DNA from: Cycas panzhihuaensis
Lineage: Eukaryota > Plantae > Cycadophyta
Assembly: GCA_023213395.1 (NCBI GenBank)
Contig: CM041465.1
Span: forward strand, 177,327,741 to 177,391,740
Length of the DNA: 64,000 nucleotides
Direction: 5' to 3'
In this document: one piece after another, positions 50,822-64,000 of the stretch
How the letters are laid out: every line of letters begins with the position of its first letter
Position numbering within the stretch: position 1 is the stretch's first letter
The notes under the pieces: model-generated
What the model was told of the DNA's origin: nothing
Databases searched by the model: none
The model's input: the letters and a program-made list of their open reading frames with translations, nothing else
Made by a program: the position numbers and the translations under genes

Positions 50822-52111
50822 ATGTGTGGAGGTGCTATCATATCCGACTTCATCACCCCCGCTCGTTCCAGACGAGCGACGGCCAATGATTTATGGCAGG
50901 ATATTGAAAAAATTTCTGAACGTCTCGGTAGGGTCGGTTCGGCTCCTTTCAAGGATTTCGGTAGCCTCGGCGGCGGTTTCTCAAAGGTCGGGTTGCAGAA
51001 ACCCGTCCAGGGTTTGTCCGACTCCGAGCGGGAGTGTGCTCTGGGTAAGCCAAATGGTACGAATCCAAGTTTGTTTTGAGGTTTCCTTTCATGTATAATG
51101 TTGTTTCATTTCCAATCTGGGTGGGGTTTTGCAGCCGAATCGGAGGGTGCAGAGGCGAAGAGCGCAGGGAGAAAGAGGAAGAATATATACCGGGGAATCA
51201 GACGGCGTCCGTGGGGGAAGTGGGCTGCGGAGATAAGGGATCCCGGGAAGGGTGTTAGGGTTTGGCTGGGTACTTTTAACACTGCGGAGGAGGCTGCTCG
51301 TGCCTACGATGCCGCCGCTCGGAAAATCAGAGGCAAGAAAGCCAAGCTTAATTTTGCCGACGAGGCACCGCCCGTGGACCAGACTGTCGAGAAAGGGTTT
51401 AAGAGAAGAGGGAAGGCAGGGACGGCAAATCCAGATTTTCATCAGAGCTTCGCTACTGACGATTTGGCAGGGCCACAGGTGCATTTCGCACCGGCGGTTC
51501 CCAAATACGTTAATGGCGGTGGGAGGTATGCACCTGAATCGTCCATGGGATGCAGCAGCTCTAATCAACTGACTGGATGTAGTGCGGAGCAGAGCATTTT
51601 GAGCCAACCTTTGCCCGTATCCCACTCCACCGAGTCGTGCAATTTCGATGCCCCAAAGGTTATCGATTTTGTGCCGCCGCCTTTAAACAGTATCAAAAAA
51701 TTTGAATCTATAGAAAATTTCCAGGGGGCGGGGTGCATTGATTCCGAGAGTAATATTGTTCCTGTGGAAGGCTCAGATTTCTCGTGGGTTGGGGATGTCA
51801 AAAACCCCAAACACTGTTCTCAGGGGACGCAGCACTTGATGGCCGATATTGCCGAGGACGGCCCTTCGGATATACCCTCGGGAACAGAGGTTGGAGTGGG
51901 AGAACCCTACGAGACAGATGAATGTGAAAACGCACGGTTAAAATTTTCTGAGAAATTGGCAGCTTTGGAATCGTATTTAGGGTTGTCTCACTGTACGTAC
52001 AGGGGAGGCAGGACGGAACAGCCTCCAGAAGGTGTAGGATCTTTTGCAGCTTCATCTTCAGGTGCCGAATTCAGTTACGATGATGTGTCTCTGTGCGATT
52101 TAGACTATTAA
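50822..52111 (+). CDS. Group VII ethylene response factor (RAP2.2/RAP2.3/RAP2.12/HRE-like), 399 aa; exons 50822-51044 and 51135-52111
   Basis: N-terminal [10 protein letters not shown] degron motif and DLW motif. Phase-1 intron 51045-51134 (G/GTAAGC..TTTTGCAG/) joins exon 1 in frame to the AP2 domain [51 protein letters not shown]. Also has [11 protein letters not shown]. Intact and CpG-rich. Confidence 0.96.
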
Positions 52112-54518
52112 AGTTGCACCCTCAGCATTCACTGCGGGTACCCAGAAAATGAGGGTTTGAACATTTTGAAGCCCGCTGTGAATAACATGTGGTGTTATAT
52201 AATTTTGTGAATTTATACTGTTATTGTTATCGACATTTATCGCTAAAGTAGCGTTGATATTTTTGTAATCATTAGAAAGCCGATATAATGATTTATTTAT
52301 AAGATGGCTATTGCTGCCAGAGGTAGAGTAAGGAGGAATCGCCCGTTGCAGGATAGGCTGTTAGCAGTTGAGCAGTCGCTCTGATCAACTATCGTTTAGA
52401 AATTTGGGGTCCCAGCCCCTGGTTCGGCCATATATTCTTGTAAATCAATGTATATTTAGCAAATGCACGGGGACGGTGGGACCGATATGAATCCCCTTTT
52501 GTTAACGAAGCGATATATTTAGCGTAACGTGGTTTTTAGCTTTTCTTTTCAAGTTAAGCGTAAGAGGAGGCAAAAAAAACTAGGAGGAGAATAATGATAA
52601 ATAATAATTGTGGTAATGGTGATTCTAATAATAAAAATAATGAGAATAATAATGTTTTTAACAACTGACGCGTCGTATGGTAAAGTGATGTGCTTCACAA
52701 TAAATGCTAACCATATTATTCTATATTCAGTCACCTATTCAATGATAGCTTTCTTTGATACGCTAGTGTAGCGTAATATTATAATTTTTGTGAAAAGTAG
52801 CTTGTTCGAGTATACTACAAGTAAATTGATAATACTCTTTGATTCACAACATGCAACAATTTATTGATGGAAAATTTTGATTTGCAATAATTTAAGGATA
52901 GGGTATGGCATCATAGAGTTCAAGGGACGGGAAAGTTGCACCCTTTGAAGTTGAGATCTAACAAACTTTGTTTGTGGGTGTGGAGAAAAATTGCCCATAT
53001 TTTCTAGAATGAGAATTGAAATAAATAAGGTATTAGAAAGGGGCATACAACTTTGTTCATTTCTGGTGAGCCTCACATCCAAACTATGCTTTGAAATGCC
53101 TTGCATTTGTTTGAAAGAGTCTTTTTTGTTGGATGAGAGAATTGAATTTGGATGGATCAAGTAAAAAAAAAAGCACTTGGGTGTTGTACCATGTATGAGA
53201 AATAGAAAATTGATTTGTAAGTATTAATTTCAAGTGTGACAAGTGCATGGTAAGTTGCATTATATTATCTTATTTTTATGAAGTTTTTAGGTTTGTTATT
53301 GTTTACTAAATGGCATTATCTTTATAAGTAGGTTTAAGATTATTGCTATTCTATTTTAGTTGCCATTGTTGATCTAATTTAAGATAGTTACAATTTTGTT
53401 CTAAATGTTATAACAACTCTAAATTAGTGATTAGATCTTTGATTCTTTTAAATTAGATTGATCTATTTGATTAGTAACCATATGTATCACATAGCATTTA
53501 GTTATTATCAAATAGGGCTATTTTTATCCAATTTATAGTGATGTCTTCCTATTGGGGTTTGGACAATGACAATTTTGTGAGAGAATTATAATGTAAATGT
53601 TTGAGGTACAATATGAAATCTTATCTCATATTTTTTAAGGTGAGAATAAACAGACACCATTTTCATGTTAATATAATTTTTACAAAGGATTATTTGAAAC
53701 CTATCGAAAATAATATCTTAACCATAATGTTGATTTCATTATCATGTTAATAACTAAACAATATTCTTGTCTCATAGGGTTGGGTGGATTGGTAAGATGT
53801 GGCGTTTATCGATGAGATATTTAATTTTAAAATTCATAAGTGCAGGTCACTTCACAGAGAAGTAGTCTGATTGGTGTTTTTTGTTATAAAAAAAATAATT
53901 CGATCAAAATCTGTTGAGGGTGTGTCAACTGTACGATGGCAGTATGAACTTTAAGGATGCCCAATAGAAAGGTAGTATGAAAATTTAGATTTTGACGATC
54001 TTTTTTCCTTTTGATCATTGTATCAAGGTGTGGCTAGATGTTCTCCTCTAGATATTTAACAACACCAGAAAAAAAAGACAAAAATATTCTTTAAGATCTT
54101 ATATAAAAAGTAGAGTGGGGTATGAGAGCTATATAATATAAAAGATATATGCAAATGTGATTCAATTTAAATTAAAAAATTAATATAATCTAAAAATCAA
54201 TTAATATAATTTTGATGTCAATTTATGTCTTAAAAATTATAAAAGATGTTATTTTTTTAAATTTAATATTGGTTGCTTTTTTTTTTTCCTTTTAAGGTGT
54301 AGAACGTTGAAGAAAGAATTAATTTCTAATTTGTTGGGGTTTGTCTGCCTTTTCATTTAATTTACTGTTATAAATCTCATGGGGGTTGAACTTGAGATAT
54401 TCTTTACATCAAAAGCTAGTACTTATCAACGCGTTTCGGCATTCAACCTAATATTGGTTATGGCTATAAAGGTAAAGCATTTAAAAGAGTATTCTCAAGT
54501 TGGTTGAAATTTATATTA

Positions 54519-54536
54519 TGTGTGTGTGTGTGTGTG
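54519..54536. repeat. (TG)9 microsatellite
   Basis: Seen directly. Confidence 0.9.
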
Positions 54537-55726
54537 TCTGTCAGTCTGTCTTTGACTTATTAAAATTTTAACTAATTGGTCTAATAATAAAGTCCATAAA
54601 AGGAGAAAGTAGTGGTGAAAGTGTAAGACATTAAAGTGAACAAAGCCTATTAAAAAAAAATTGATAAAGAGTAATAGTGTGGAAGTAAAGTAAGATACTA
54701 ACAAAAGATTATATGAGTATATTGGTGAGTTTTAAATAAATATTTAGTTATGTAATATAAGTATATAATTATTTATATATGTGCACAATTGATTAAATAT
54801 GTGCCTCATCGATAACTTTTGAGTAATGGTGGAAAGAGAAAAGAGTAACAATGGAAATTCTAAAAAGTTATAGAATCTCATAATGAAAAGTTAAAACTCT
54901 TACACGTAGAAAAATATCTCAATTAATATAATATCTCAATTAACATAAAATGTTGAAGGTCGAACACTAGGGTGTATTGGTAGATATCTATTTTATGTTG
55001 TTGAAAGTTTTAGGTTTAACCTTCATAGGGGGTTATAGGGGTGAACTAGATTAAAGGGCTAACAATTTCGACAAATAGGGATTTGATTATATCTGTTCAG
55101 TGAAAACTGTAAAAAACAAAACAAAAAAACAAACAGAGAATATTAAAGTCAATATTATCAACACTTGTGGTTAGTTGAGGTAAAAAGGAGATAGGCTTGG
55201 CTTTCTGGGTCAAAAAATCTTGGGGGAGGAGACGAGGGTTTCAAAGGTGGTGATTGATCATTTCTCACAGAAGTTCGGATCATTCAAGCTGCCATCGCAT
55301 CCCTGCAGTGGCGCCTCCATTGCACCATTGTAATGGCACCTTTTGGTTTCTCCTCATTGGGCACAGAGGAGGCAAAGTGAGCATCCTCTCACGCCATGAT
55401 TTTCGAGAGCATGTGGTGCCAAAAGGACGTGTGAGCAGTTCCTAATCGAGTTCCATCTAGTTATTTGAGGGTGGTGCTCCGTATTAACTTTATTGATTTT
55501 TTCAGAAGAGGGTTCTCTCTCCAAATCTGAGTTACATCAGTGTCCAGTTTAATTCTTTATGTTATGAGGTTACAAGTTATTGCATGTTGCTACATGTGAC
55601 ATTTTTCTCATAGATCTGCAACCAAGACTCTTGATTAAGAGGTACGGTCCAATTGCTTTTTCAAAAATTGTCTAAATTTGCAGTTTATGGAGATATCTAG
55701 TGTTTTTCTTTAGTATTTTGGTCCCA

Positions 55727-57197
55727 ATGGAGGAAGAATCTATACCGATTCAAAACAAGAAGCAGGATTTGAGGCCCCAATCAATTTGGGCTTCGGAATC
55801 CCTTCAAGACTGACCGAGAAGGAAACATGCATAGCTAGGATTATCAGTTATGCAACAAAATAATCCACTCAATAAAGTTCGTGATTTCTTCCTATTCAAT
55901 CCATAAGCTCAAGCAATTCAGATCCAGGTTCAACATTTTGAGAACCAGAACAATATCTCAGACGAGGACTTCTTAAACACATTACCAAGAATAGTGGACC
56001 GCGAAACAAATACTATTACCTTTGTGGTTGAAGATGTTGACACCATTTGTGTCGAACTACAGGCAAAAGCAGTCATTAGAAAATTTAATAATTTGTACCC
56101 TCCACATGGTCTTTAAAAGAATGGGTGAAAGTAGATGGGCACCCATTTTATTGGGCAAGGTTGCTTTCGAATTAAAAGGAAAAGGTTTTTTTAACATTTT
56201 CTTTTCAAATATTACAGATCTTAAAAAGGTCTTATATGGAATCCCATGGTTTATATGCAACACGGGTTTAACTCTTCAAGGATGGTCTCCTATATTTGAT
56301 CCAAGTAACCCAGGGTGTTTAAAAATTCTAGTTAGGTTCAATTACCATTCCTTCCTGATGAATTCTGAGAACAAGAATCTGTAATCAAAATTAGTTCCAT
56401 AATGGGAAAGGTTATTAAATTGGACTCAAAACACTTTAGACCACACTACCAGCGGTGTAACAAAAGTGTGTGTCAAGTTAGATATGATGAAATTGCTCAA
56501 AAAATACCTAGATATCAGAGTTGCAAATAGATCAATAAAAATTAATTTAGATTATGAAAGAGTTCTATTCGGATGCACTGCATGTCATAACATTAGGCAT
56601 GTGCATAAATTTTGTCAACTTTATCAAGCGCCACCAACTTTAGACTCCTGGAGATATGAAACCATTCTAGACCAAATGCCCCCCTTATCCAACAAGATAC
56701 CAACAAGGCCAATGGGGAGGAGCAGATGATGGAACAATTCTATTAACAATGATGAAACTCAAGTTCATATAGAAACGGTTCCTCATCATTCACACATGAA
56801 CTTATATCAAGCAAGAGAGGAAGATAAGTGGACACCTATCACTAATTACTCACGAAACAAAGGCAAAGGTCACCCCACAAGTACTAAACCTATGCAGTTA
56901 GACTTCAACGACTCTAGAGATCAACATAAGAAAAGGATGAAAGCTACCTCCCCAATATAAGGGCAAAATTTTGAAGTTGTTGCTATGCACACTTCAGGGC
57001 ACCTTCAAGACAACTTGGTAGACATGCATATGGAGGAAGCAGATTCTTTGGATCATGTTTCAGAAACACAATGGTTAAGATCTTCTAATGGGAATGACAT
57101 TCAACTTACACATCAAGTAATTGACAGTGAAGAGATTCCACATCAATTTTGGCTCAAATCTCTAGCTCAAACAAATCCATCCCAACAAAATGGATAG
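55727..57197 (+). pseudogene. L1 ORF1 (RRM/DUF4283 and zinc knuckle), disrupted
   Basis: ORF fragments 56022-56384 and 56466-56729. Confidence 0.8.
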
Positions 57198-57199
57198 AA

Positions 57200-60100
57200 A
57201 TAATATTTCAACAATAGTTTGGAATACCAGGGGAATTGGCCAACCTACTTTCGTAAAATGCTTATAGTTAAAACGCCTAGTTCAACAACATCACCCTCAT
57301 TTTCTAGAGCTGACAGAAATTCATATAGTTTCTGAAAGTGACATGCAACGTACATCCTGTAGTATTTGGCAATTAGCCTAATGGAAAGCAATTCTGCTAG
57401 ATCGACCTATTGGAGGTCTTTGTATCCTATGAAATAATCAATGGAAGATGCAGTAATATATTATAAGCTCATTTCAGGATTGGCTATGCTTGAAAATGGA
57501 AAAGGATCGTTTCGTTTGTTGGGTTATTCGCGTCTATGCCTCTACAGATGATTGCATCAGATATAATTCTTGGAAAGCCTGGCAGGTGGTCTAAATAATA
57601 ACTAGGTTGACCAAGACCACATTCTACTATTAGGGGATTTCAATTTTGTGGAATATCCTACTGATAAAAAAGGCAGTAATTTCAAAAGAATCTATAAAAG
57701 AGATAACTTATCCTTTGTCGACCTTAAAGGCATGTTGGGTCTCACTAAACTTCCTCGTAAGGGGCCTTTGAAATACACATGGACCAATAACCGCCAAGGA
57801 AGTAGTCGCATAGATGAAAGACTAGATAGAGTCTACATAGCAAACTCCTTGTGCGCTCTCATTGTTCAATATAAATACATTTCAATAAATGTGGTCACGA
57901 TTTCTGACCACGTTCCCATCAAAATCCAATTTTCTAGTAGGGCCAATACATCTGTTATAGGAAAGACAGTTTTCAAATTCAACACAAGTTTTTGCTTAAA
58001 CTTGAGGAATTCATGAGAGCTCTTTGTCAATGGTGGGAGGAATTGTATAATCAATGGGTGATGATAAAGAAGGGGCTCAAATTGCGCATCAAATTGTTTG
58101 GTAAAGAATGCAAACGTTAGCTCGAGGAACAAAGGAAATGCATGCTGATAGCCATTCGTTATATGCAAAAAGGAATTTAGAGGGGGAAAAGGTACACCTG
58201 ATTTCTCATTTAAGGTCATGGACTTAAATGGTCAATTTCTTCAAATGCAAAATTAGGAAGCAAATAAATGGAAAGCATGGTTCAATATCAAATGGAAACT
58301 TCATGCTAATCAAAATTCAAAAATTTTCAATCACTGTGCTAAAGCTTTGTAAAATCAACAAACTCTTAAATGTCTATAGGTCTCTACTACAGAGACCACG
58401 TATTCGCGTTCTAAAATTTAATGAGAGATATTCCAACATTTTGATAGACTGTGGACCACCCAAGGTTTCTCCTTGGATAGGGCCTTATCCATCAAAATCA
58501 TCCTCTCTAAGGTGAATCATGTCCCTAAGGAGTGTTGTAGAAATCTCAATGAATCCCTCAGTAGACCAATCACCGGAGAAGAAATACACAAAATCATGAC
58601 AAAACTTCCTAAAGGTAAATCAATTGGCCCAAACAGAATGCCTATTGAGATTTTACTGGCTATTGACTTAGATGAGGTGCCTTAGGTTTTAGTGGATGTA
58701 GCATAAGAGGTTCACAACACAGGTAAAATGCATCCAACTATTAATGCGACATTGGTTTCTTTGATTCCAAAAAGTGGAACCCTGTCCACCATCTATTATG
58801 GGAGACCTATAAGCCTCTGTAATATTGCATACCATATAATAGTCAAAGTACTAGCTAATCTGCCAAAAGTCCTTCTTCCTCAAGTTGTTAATGAAAACCA
58901 AACAACATTCATGAAGGATCATCATATAATAGATAGTATAATCATGATTGAAGAGGCTTTTCATACCATACATACAAAAAGACAACAAATAACTTTGTTT
59001 AAATTGGATATCAACAAAGCCTATGACATAGTGGAATGGGATTTTCTGCTAGCCATTCTCCCCTAAAAGGGTTTACAACCAAACCATATCAACTGGATCA
59101 AAGCCATGATATCCTCTGTTTCTATGGCCATAAAAATCAATGACTTTGTTCATTGTCTTACCCATACCAGTAGAGGAATTCGTCAGGGTTGCCCTTTATC
59201 ACCCTACTTATTTGTGATTGCCATGGAAGGACTTTCCTCCTTATTAGATTGGCTTCAGACAACAAGTCTTCTTCAAGGGATTTCTACTAACGGAATGGAG
59301 GGTGCAACACACCATATCTTCATAAATGATATCATTTTGTTAGGCCATCCTTCTCATTTAGAAATCGGCATCTGGGGTCAAGCTCTCAGTTTTTTTGGTC
59401 TAACAGTAAGGATGATGATCAATCACAATAAATCCAGTATCATATTTAATGAAGTAGATGAAAAAATTCAAGACATCTTGTCATCTACTATTGGAGTCCT
59501 AATTGTTCCTAGAGCCACTATTTTCAAATACTTAGGAATTCTGACGGGCTTTTCTATAGTAAAAATTGCAGATTGGTGTCCCTATATTCTGAAAATCAAG
59601 AAGAAGTTGGATTCATGGCCAATCAAATCACTTAATTTAGCTGGTTAAAGAAGCCTTTTATAATCAACCCTAACCCAGATGCCAAATTATTTAAGGCCCA
59701 TAATCCAAGCTTCTAAAGTTGTCCTTTTCGTAATTTGAAGTTTGTTCATAACATTCCTCTGCAAACCTTGGTTAGTTGAAGCGGAGACATTTCACCCAGT
59801 GAAGTAGAGTACGATGACAAATCACAAGGGCTAAGGTGGTTTGGGTCCCAAAGATCCCATTTATTATGACGAAGGTTTGAGGGGCAAAGCGTCTATGGGA
59901 TCTCTGGAATAGAGAAAATGATAGACGAGTATGCATCATCAAGAGGAAATATTATTTTGAATATACCACTAAACAACAAGTAGCTTCTCCAAACTACTTA
60001 ACAAAGGTTCTATAGTTTGGAATCATATGGTGGCAACTTGGAACAATCTTCACTATAACATTATATATTCCTTAAAATCAATGGGTATTCAAGTTAACTT

Positions 60101-60900
60101 TTAGACTGATAAATAATTGCCTCTTGGGTTCTCTCCACTAATTAGTCAAGGGGAGTTTACCTTGTTGGCATAGTTCTTCACTGCTCATAACTGACACTTT
60201 GTGGCTTAATTCTAAGATTTTCATTAGCTTTGTTGGAAGGATTGTGTCAAGCTTGTAACAAGGATCAACCCTCAACCTGAACCTTTTATCATTCAAATGG
60301 CCAAAAGACTCAATTTCTTCTTATAGCAAGTGAACCCTTTTGTTGCTTAAAGGACCTAGAGAGGGAGGAAGGACTAAGGTTCCTTTCTAGGGGTTGAGTA
60401 TTTGAACCTATAGAATTTTATTACTTATTATATATTCAACAATATTGTCATGTTCAACTTTAAGCCAAATGGGGATGGATATGGTGGAAGCGAGCACAAT
60501 CCGAACATAATGTGCTTCACTGAAGAATTCTACATAAAACATTCATTTTTCAAAATAAGTGGGATCAATGGAATATAAATTAATAATCTTCTTATTTAGT
60601 GTGTGGTGCTCAGAATGATAGTTTCAATCACATCTGGTGGTACTGTACTGTCATCCAGTTCAGGGCATTTGGTACACTTCCTTTTAGATCTTGAACCTGG
60701 ATCAAGGTTTTTCTAATATCCAAGATAGCCACTTCCCCCTTCATTCTTGGCTAGTTAAATAAAGTTGATCAACAACTTATACTTGGTTTGTGAGTCGCTG
60801 AGACTTGATGAACCTCTGGCTTCTTCTTCTCAAAACCATCATTCATTAAATTTGAAAAATTCATACAATAACTTATTTCCAAAAAGTAGTTCCATTTTTC
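57200..60900 (+). pseudogene. L1 ORF2 (APE endonuclease, RT, C-terminal zinc-binding region), disrupted
   Basis: ORF fragments 57648-58016, 58728-59066 and 59106-59648; C-terminal CGAQNDSFNHIWWYC near 60600. Confidence 0.85.
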
Positions 60901-61419
60901 AAGCATTCTTATAATCACCTAAGGAAGGAAATTTTATTATCGCTGTTGCACAACCCTTGCTTTATTCCTCTTTGCAAAAGTTTCAAGACAAATCTCCTTA
61001 TAGATAATGTTATTTTCAATTCACTGTATGTAAAAAATTGAGTGAATAAATCCTCGTGACCCAATGGACTTCTTAGCCACTTGTATTGATTTTGATTTTA
61101 TAATATAATGATATCCATTTTTACCTTCAAAAGAAAAAAACATTATCAACACTTTTCTATAATATTAAATTTCATTATTTTTTACTTGAATTTTTTTTTG
61201 AACTCTTCAAAAATTTTCCATCTTAGTGACATGGTCCACATATTTGTAATTAGGTCCTTAATTGGATGGTACATCAATTGTACTTAATTATTTTGCACTA
61301 GCTTTTGAAAGAAACAAGGATGGATCTTGATATATGTTACTTTTGCATGAAAAACAAGATTATTTAGAGTTAGATGTTGCTCTACTTATTGTAGAATAAA
61401 ATTCTAGCACCCACCCTCT

Positions 61420-62290
61420 TCATGAATTTGAGTGGGTTTATGTATCTTCTTTAACTAAATTGTCTCAGAAGTAGTAGCAATTATCATACAATAATATTAT
61501 AGTTTATTTTTTGTCAATGCAAAAAATAACAGTTGATTCTGGTGTGGATGTGCATGGAAGTAGATTTTTTGTTAGCATTATCACCTGATCAATGTAAATG
61601 TGTGTACCCTTACAATCTAAAATTTGTGTACTTGGAGAACTTGAGCTTAAAATTAATAGTCCCTTGTACATCCTTCAAAATGTATTTAATAGCTTTCTAA
61701 TGTGAAATGGAAGGACCGCTCATTAATTTTGACACCAGTCTAACAACATAGTTGATAGTAGCTTTCATGGTAGTTAGATCAAACACCTATCAATTGTCTG
61801 AACAAAGTCTCGTCAATAGTCTTCTTATTGATTTGTCTAGTTAGCTTTGCACTTGTTTATATGGCGATAGCAACAATTTTGCACATATCCATATGGAATT
61901 TGTTCAATAAATAGTGTCCATATTTGTACTGTGACTTGAATATTTTATTGTGACTATTGTATCTTGATCCTAAGATAGTGATGTTGATGTCTTGATCCAT
62001 CCTCTCAAAAAGGCTTTTGACAAATGTCTTTTAAGATTTACAATATGTTTAATGCCACTTCTAGTGATGATGATTAAATCATTAACTAGAAGTATGTGTT
62101 CATATTCTAAATTCACGTATAAATTGTGATCTGAATCATAACTTGTGAAACCGTGATTTAAGAAATGTTCACTGATTCGAGTGTACCAAGTAATTGGAGT
62201 TTTATTTCAACTCATATAAGGCTTTCTTAAGTCTATAGACCAAATATGTTGACATTATTGTGGCTCATTATTTTGAATTGTGAGCCTCTC
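61420..62290 (-). pseudogene. Highly degraded Copia RT/RNase H fragment
   Basis: Minus-strand translation VYRLKKALYELK..WYTRISEHFLNHGF..DHNLY; LFRQLIG..VSKLMSGP..KAIKYILKDVQGT..KKSTS. Confidence 0.75.
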
Positions 62291-64000
62291 TAATATTTGT
62301 ATTTTAATAGTTACTAAATTTGTGATGTTATGTGAGTTGGTGAGTGATTGGGGGTTACACGACCAATCTCATACATGTGTCAATCCTTCTTGGATCAATA
62401 TTTCATTTAGGTTCGTATAGAAGTACATATTATGCGTTATAAAAGGAAGAAGAGAAATTAATGGAATGGAATTTAATTTTTTCATTAAATAAATAAGTTA
62501 ATTCACCAATTTAAGTGTTCTCCAAGTATGCTTTGAATTAACTACATGGCACTTAAGAGTATTTTTAGGTGCAAGATTAGCAGTTATATATGCTAGTTGC
62601 AGAGATCTAGGGTTTGTAATGATAGTTTGTAACATTGTGAAATAACATATTTATGTTTTGATTTGTATTTTTGTTAACATGTTATAAACTATTTTTTGGT
62701 TGAGATATTTTATTGTTAGACAATATTAGGTTATGCATGTTATAGAGATGGTTTGCAAGTGTTTAATGGGTTGTTTTTATAATAGAGGCACTCCTCTATA
62801 AATTTGTTTTCAAACACAAACATGAGTATTGTTGACAAGACAAAATTAGTTATAAACTTTAAAGGGGAATTGTCGCAGTACAATCCTTGTTTAAGATTTA
62901 ATGGTATAGTATTCAAATAGGTTGAAAATGGTTGTTCATACACTTGGTGTATAATTTTTTTTTTCCAGTTGATAATCATATTAAAAAATAACATGCAAGA
63001 TATTTAAAAAACATACAAAACACCCAAATTCTATTCACTCACATGCAAGTTTAAACAAAAAAATGGTGGCAAGTATAGCTTATTTAATGAGCATTTCACA
63101 AGCAAACTTTCGAGGATAAGTTGACCTATTTGATGACCATAATAGGCAAAAAGAAAGACCTGCATATAGCAAGTTTTCTACTTTAATGGAATGCTACAAA
63201 TCACAGAGAGAGGTGCCTGGAAAATCAATAAAAGAGATGTGATTTTATCCAGTGTGAAAAGGAAAACCACCAATGCAAAAGGAAGTTTTTAATGGTATGT
63301 AATACCATCATTGGATACCATCTTGAAAAGACAATGGACCACTGAAAATCAATGGCCCTCATTCTAATGTAATGCTAAAATAGTGATTATACTTGCCATT
63401 CAAGGGGTCTGAATGTGGTCACGAAAGAAGGTAGTAAAATAGTGTTTTTCAAACCTTAGAAGGGTTAAATATACTTTCAAATATTTCATAGGAAATATAT
63501 TAAAATAAACAATCTAAAGTTATTAAAACTTCATGTTTCATTAAAAAATATTAGGCTTTCCTATATTTTGCAGATGGGTGACTATATTGACAAAATTATC
63601 GTTTTTCCTTGCATTCCATCACCATTGAAAATTTGTGGGGAAAACCCACTATATTCACCATGATTAGGAGAAAACCCACTTCATAAAAAAGGACAAAGCA
63701 TAATGAACTTACATCCCTCAAAGATTGAGAAAACATTACGTTGATAATTGAGCCATCAAGATGCCATTACACAATGGTGGATAACCAAGGATATTGCTAT
63801 AAGAGATTTCACAACCCCAAGGAAATCCATCATGAGTCCACGAAACAATCGAGAAAGTATTTAACCCATCGTAAAGGAAGAATAGTAAGGTCATAAGTAA
63901 GCAAACTCATATAACAACACATATTGGGCTTATGATTGAAATACAAACCTATTGAGATACCATTGTTTGGCAGACATATGCCGAGAAGAAGAGAGATCAC

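Larger units (their letters stand above)
55167..61138 (+). mobile_element. Full-length L1-clade LINE, degenerate
   Basis: TSD AATATTATCAACACTT (55151-55166) / AACATTATCAACACTT (61139-61154) and a short A tail. ORF1 has DUF4283-like GFFNIFF..PWFI..LQGWSP and the knuckle CTACHNIRHVHKFC. ORF2 has endonuclease (GDFN, YTWTN..RLDR..SDHVP) and RT (RPISLCN, KLDINKAYD, GIRQGCPLSPYLF, KYLG). Confidence 0.93.

Noticed and set aside
50275-52055. Overlapping and antisense ORFs around the ERF gene
   Set aside because: Expected in GC-rich sequence; no recognisable domains.
51098-52111. 337 aa ORF starting MLFHFQ as the gene model
   Set aside because: Its ATG lies inside the intron; the true start is MCGGAII at 50822.
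52870-53160. Possible decayed coding fragment (FCP1/NIF-like or TE-derived)
   Set aside because: Only vague motif similarity with multiple stops; unsupported without a profile search.
53770-54450. Two possible tRNA-derived SINE heads (about 53775-53840 on +, 54375-54450 on -)
   Set aside because: A/B boxes are too degenerate and no TSD or tail is identifiable; needs a repeat-library search.
63626-64000. Possible start of another LTR (TGAAAATTTG.., GAAAACCCACT twice)
   Set aside because: Truncated by the window edge; no PBS, PPT or partner to confirm.

Overview
Plant nuclear DNA, probably from a large, heavily methylated genome; gymnosperm-like is an inference from the TE lineages and decay pattern. 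Positions 1 to ~47 kb are a nest of six decayed LTR retrotransposons. An old minus-strand Tat-type Gypsy (4214-9534 + 40095-~47050) is interrupted on its left by a minus-strand Copia (1072-4213), which is itself hit by another Copia (1-1071). It is also interrupted by a 30.5 kb-expanded Copia (9535-40094). That Copia carries two younger inserts: a Tat-type Gypsy with 3 kb LTRs (13755-30348) and a chromodomain-bearing Reina-like Gypsy (32210-38584). The only intact host gene is a two-exon group VII ERF (MCGGAII oxygen-sensing N-degron, AP2 domain; 50822-52111) in a CpG-rich island. It is followed by a full-length degenerate L1 LINE with a 16 bp TSD (55167-61138) and a Copia RT relic. The most interesting signal is a 3' accessory cassette in the younger Tat element. 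It holds a spliced antisense Plant Mobile Domain (PMD) gene and a free-standing archaeal-type RNase H ORF arranged head-to-head. Between them lie phased palindromic CCGCGG-type motif clusters, and the same clusters occur upstream of the TATA box in both LTRs. The last exon of the same antisense gene is recognisable in the older Tat element. Together these suggest a TE-encoded protein-plus-cis-motif regulatory or anti-silencing module (hypothesis). All TE ORFs are pseudogenised, mostly by C>T/G>A changes. All alignments and counts were done by eye.
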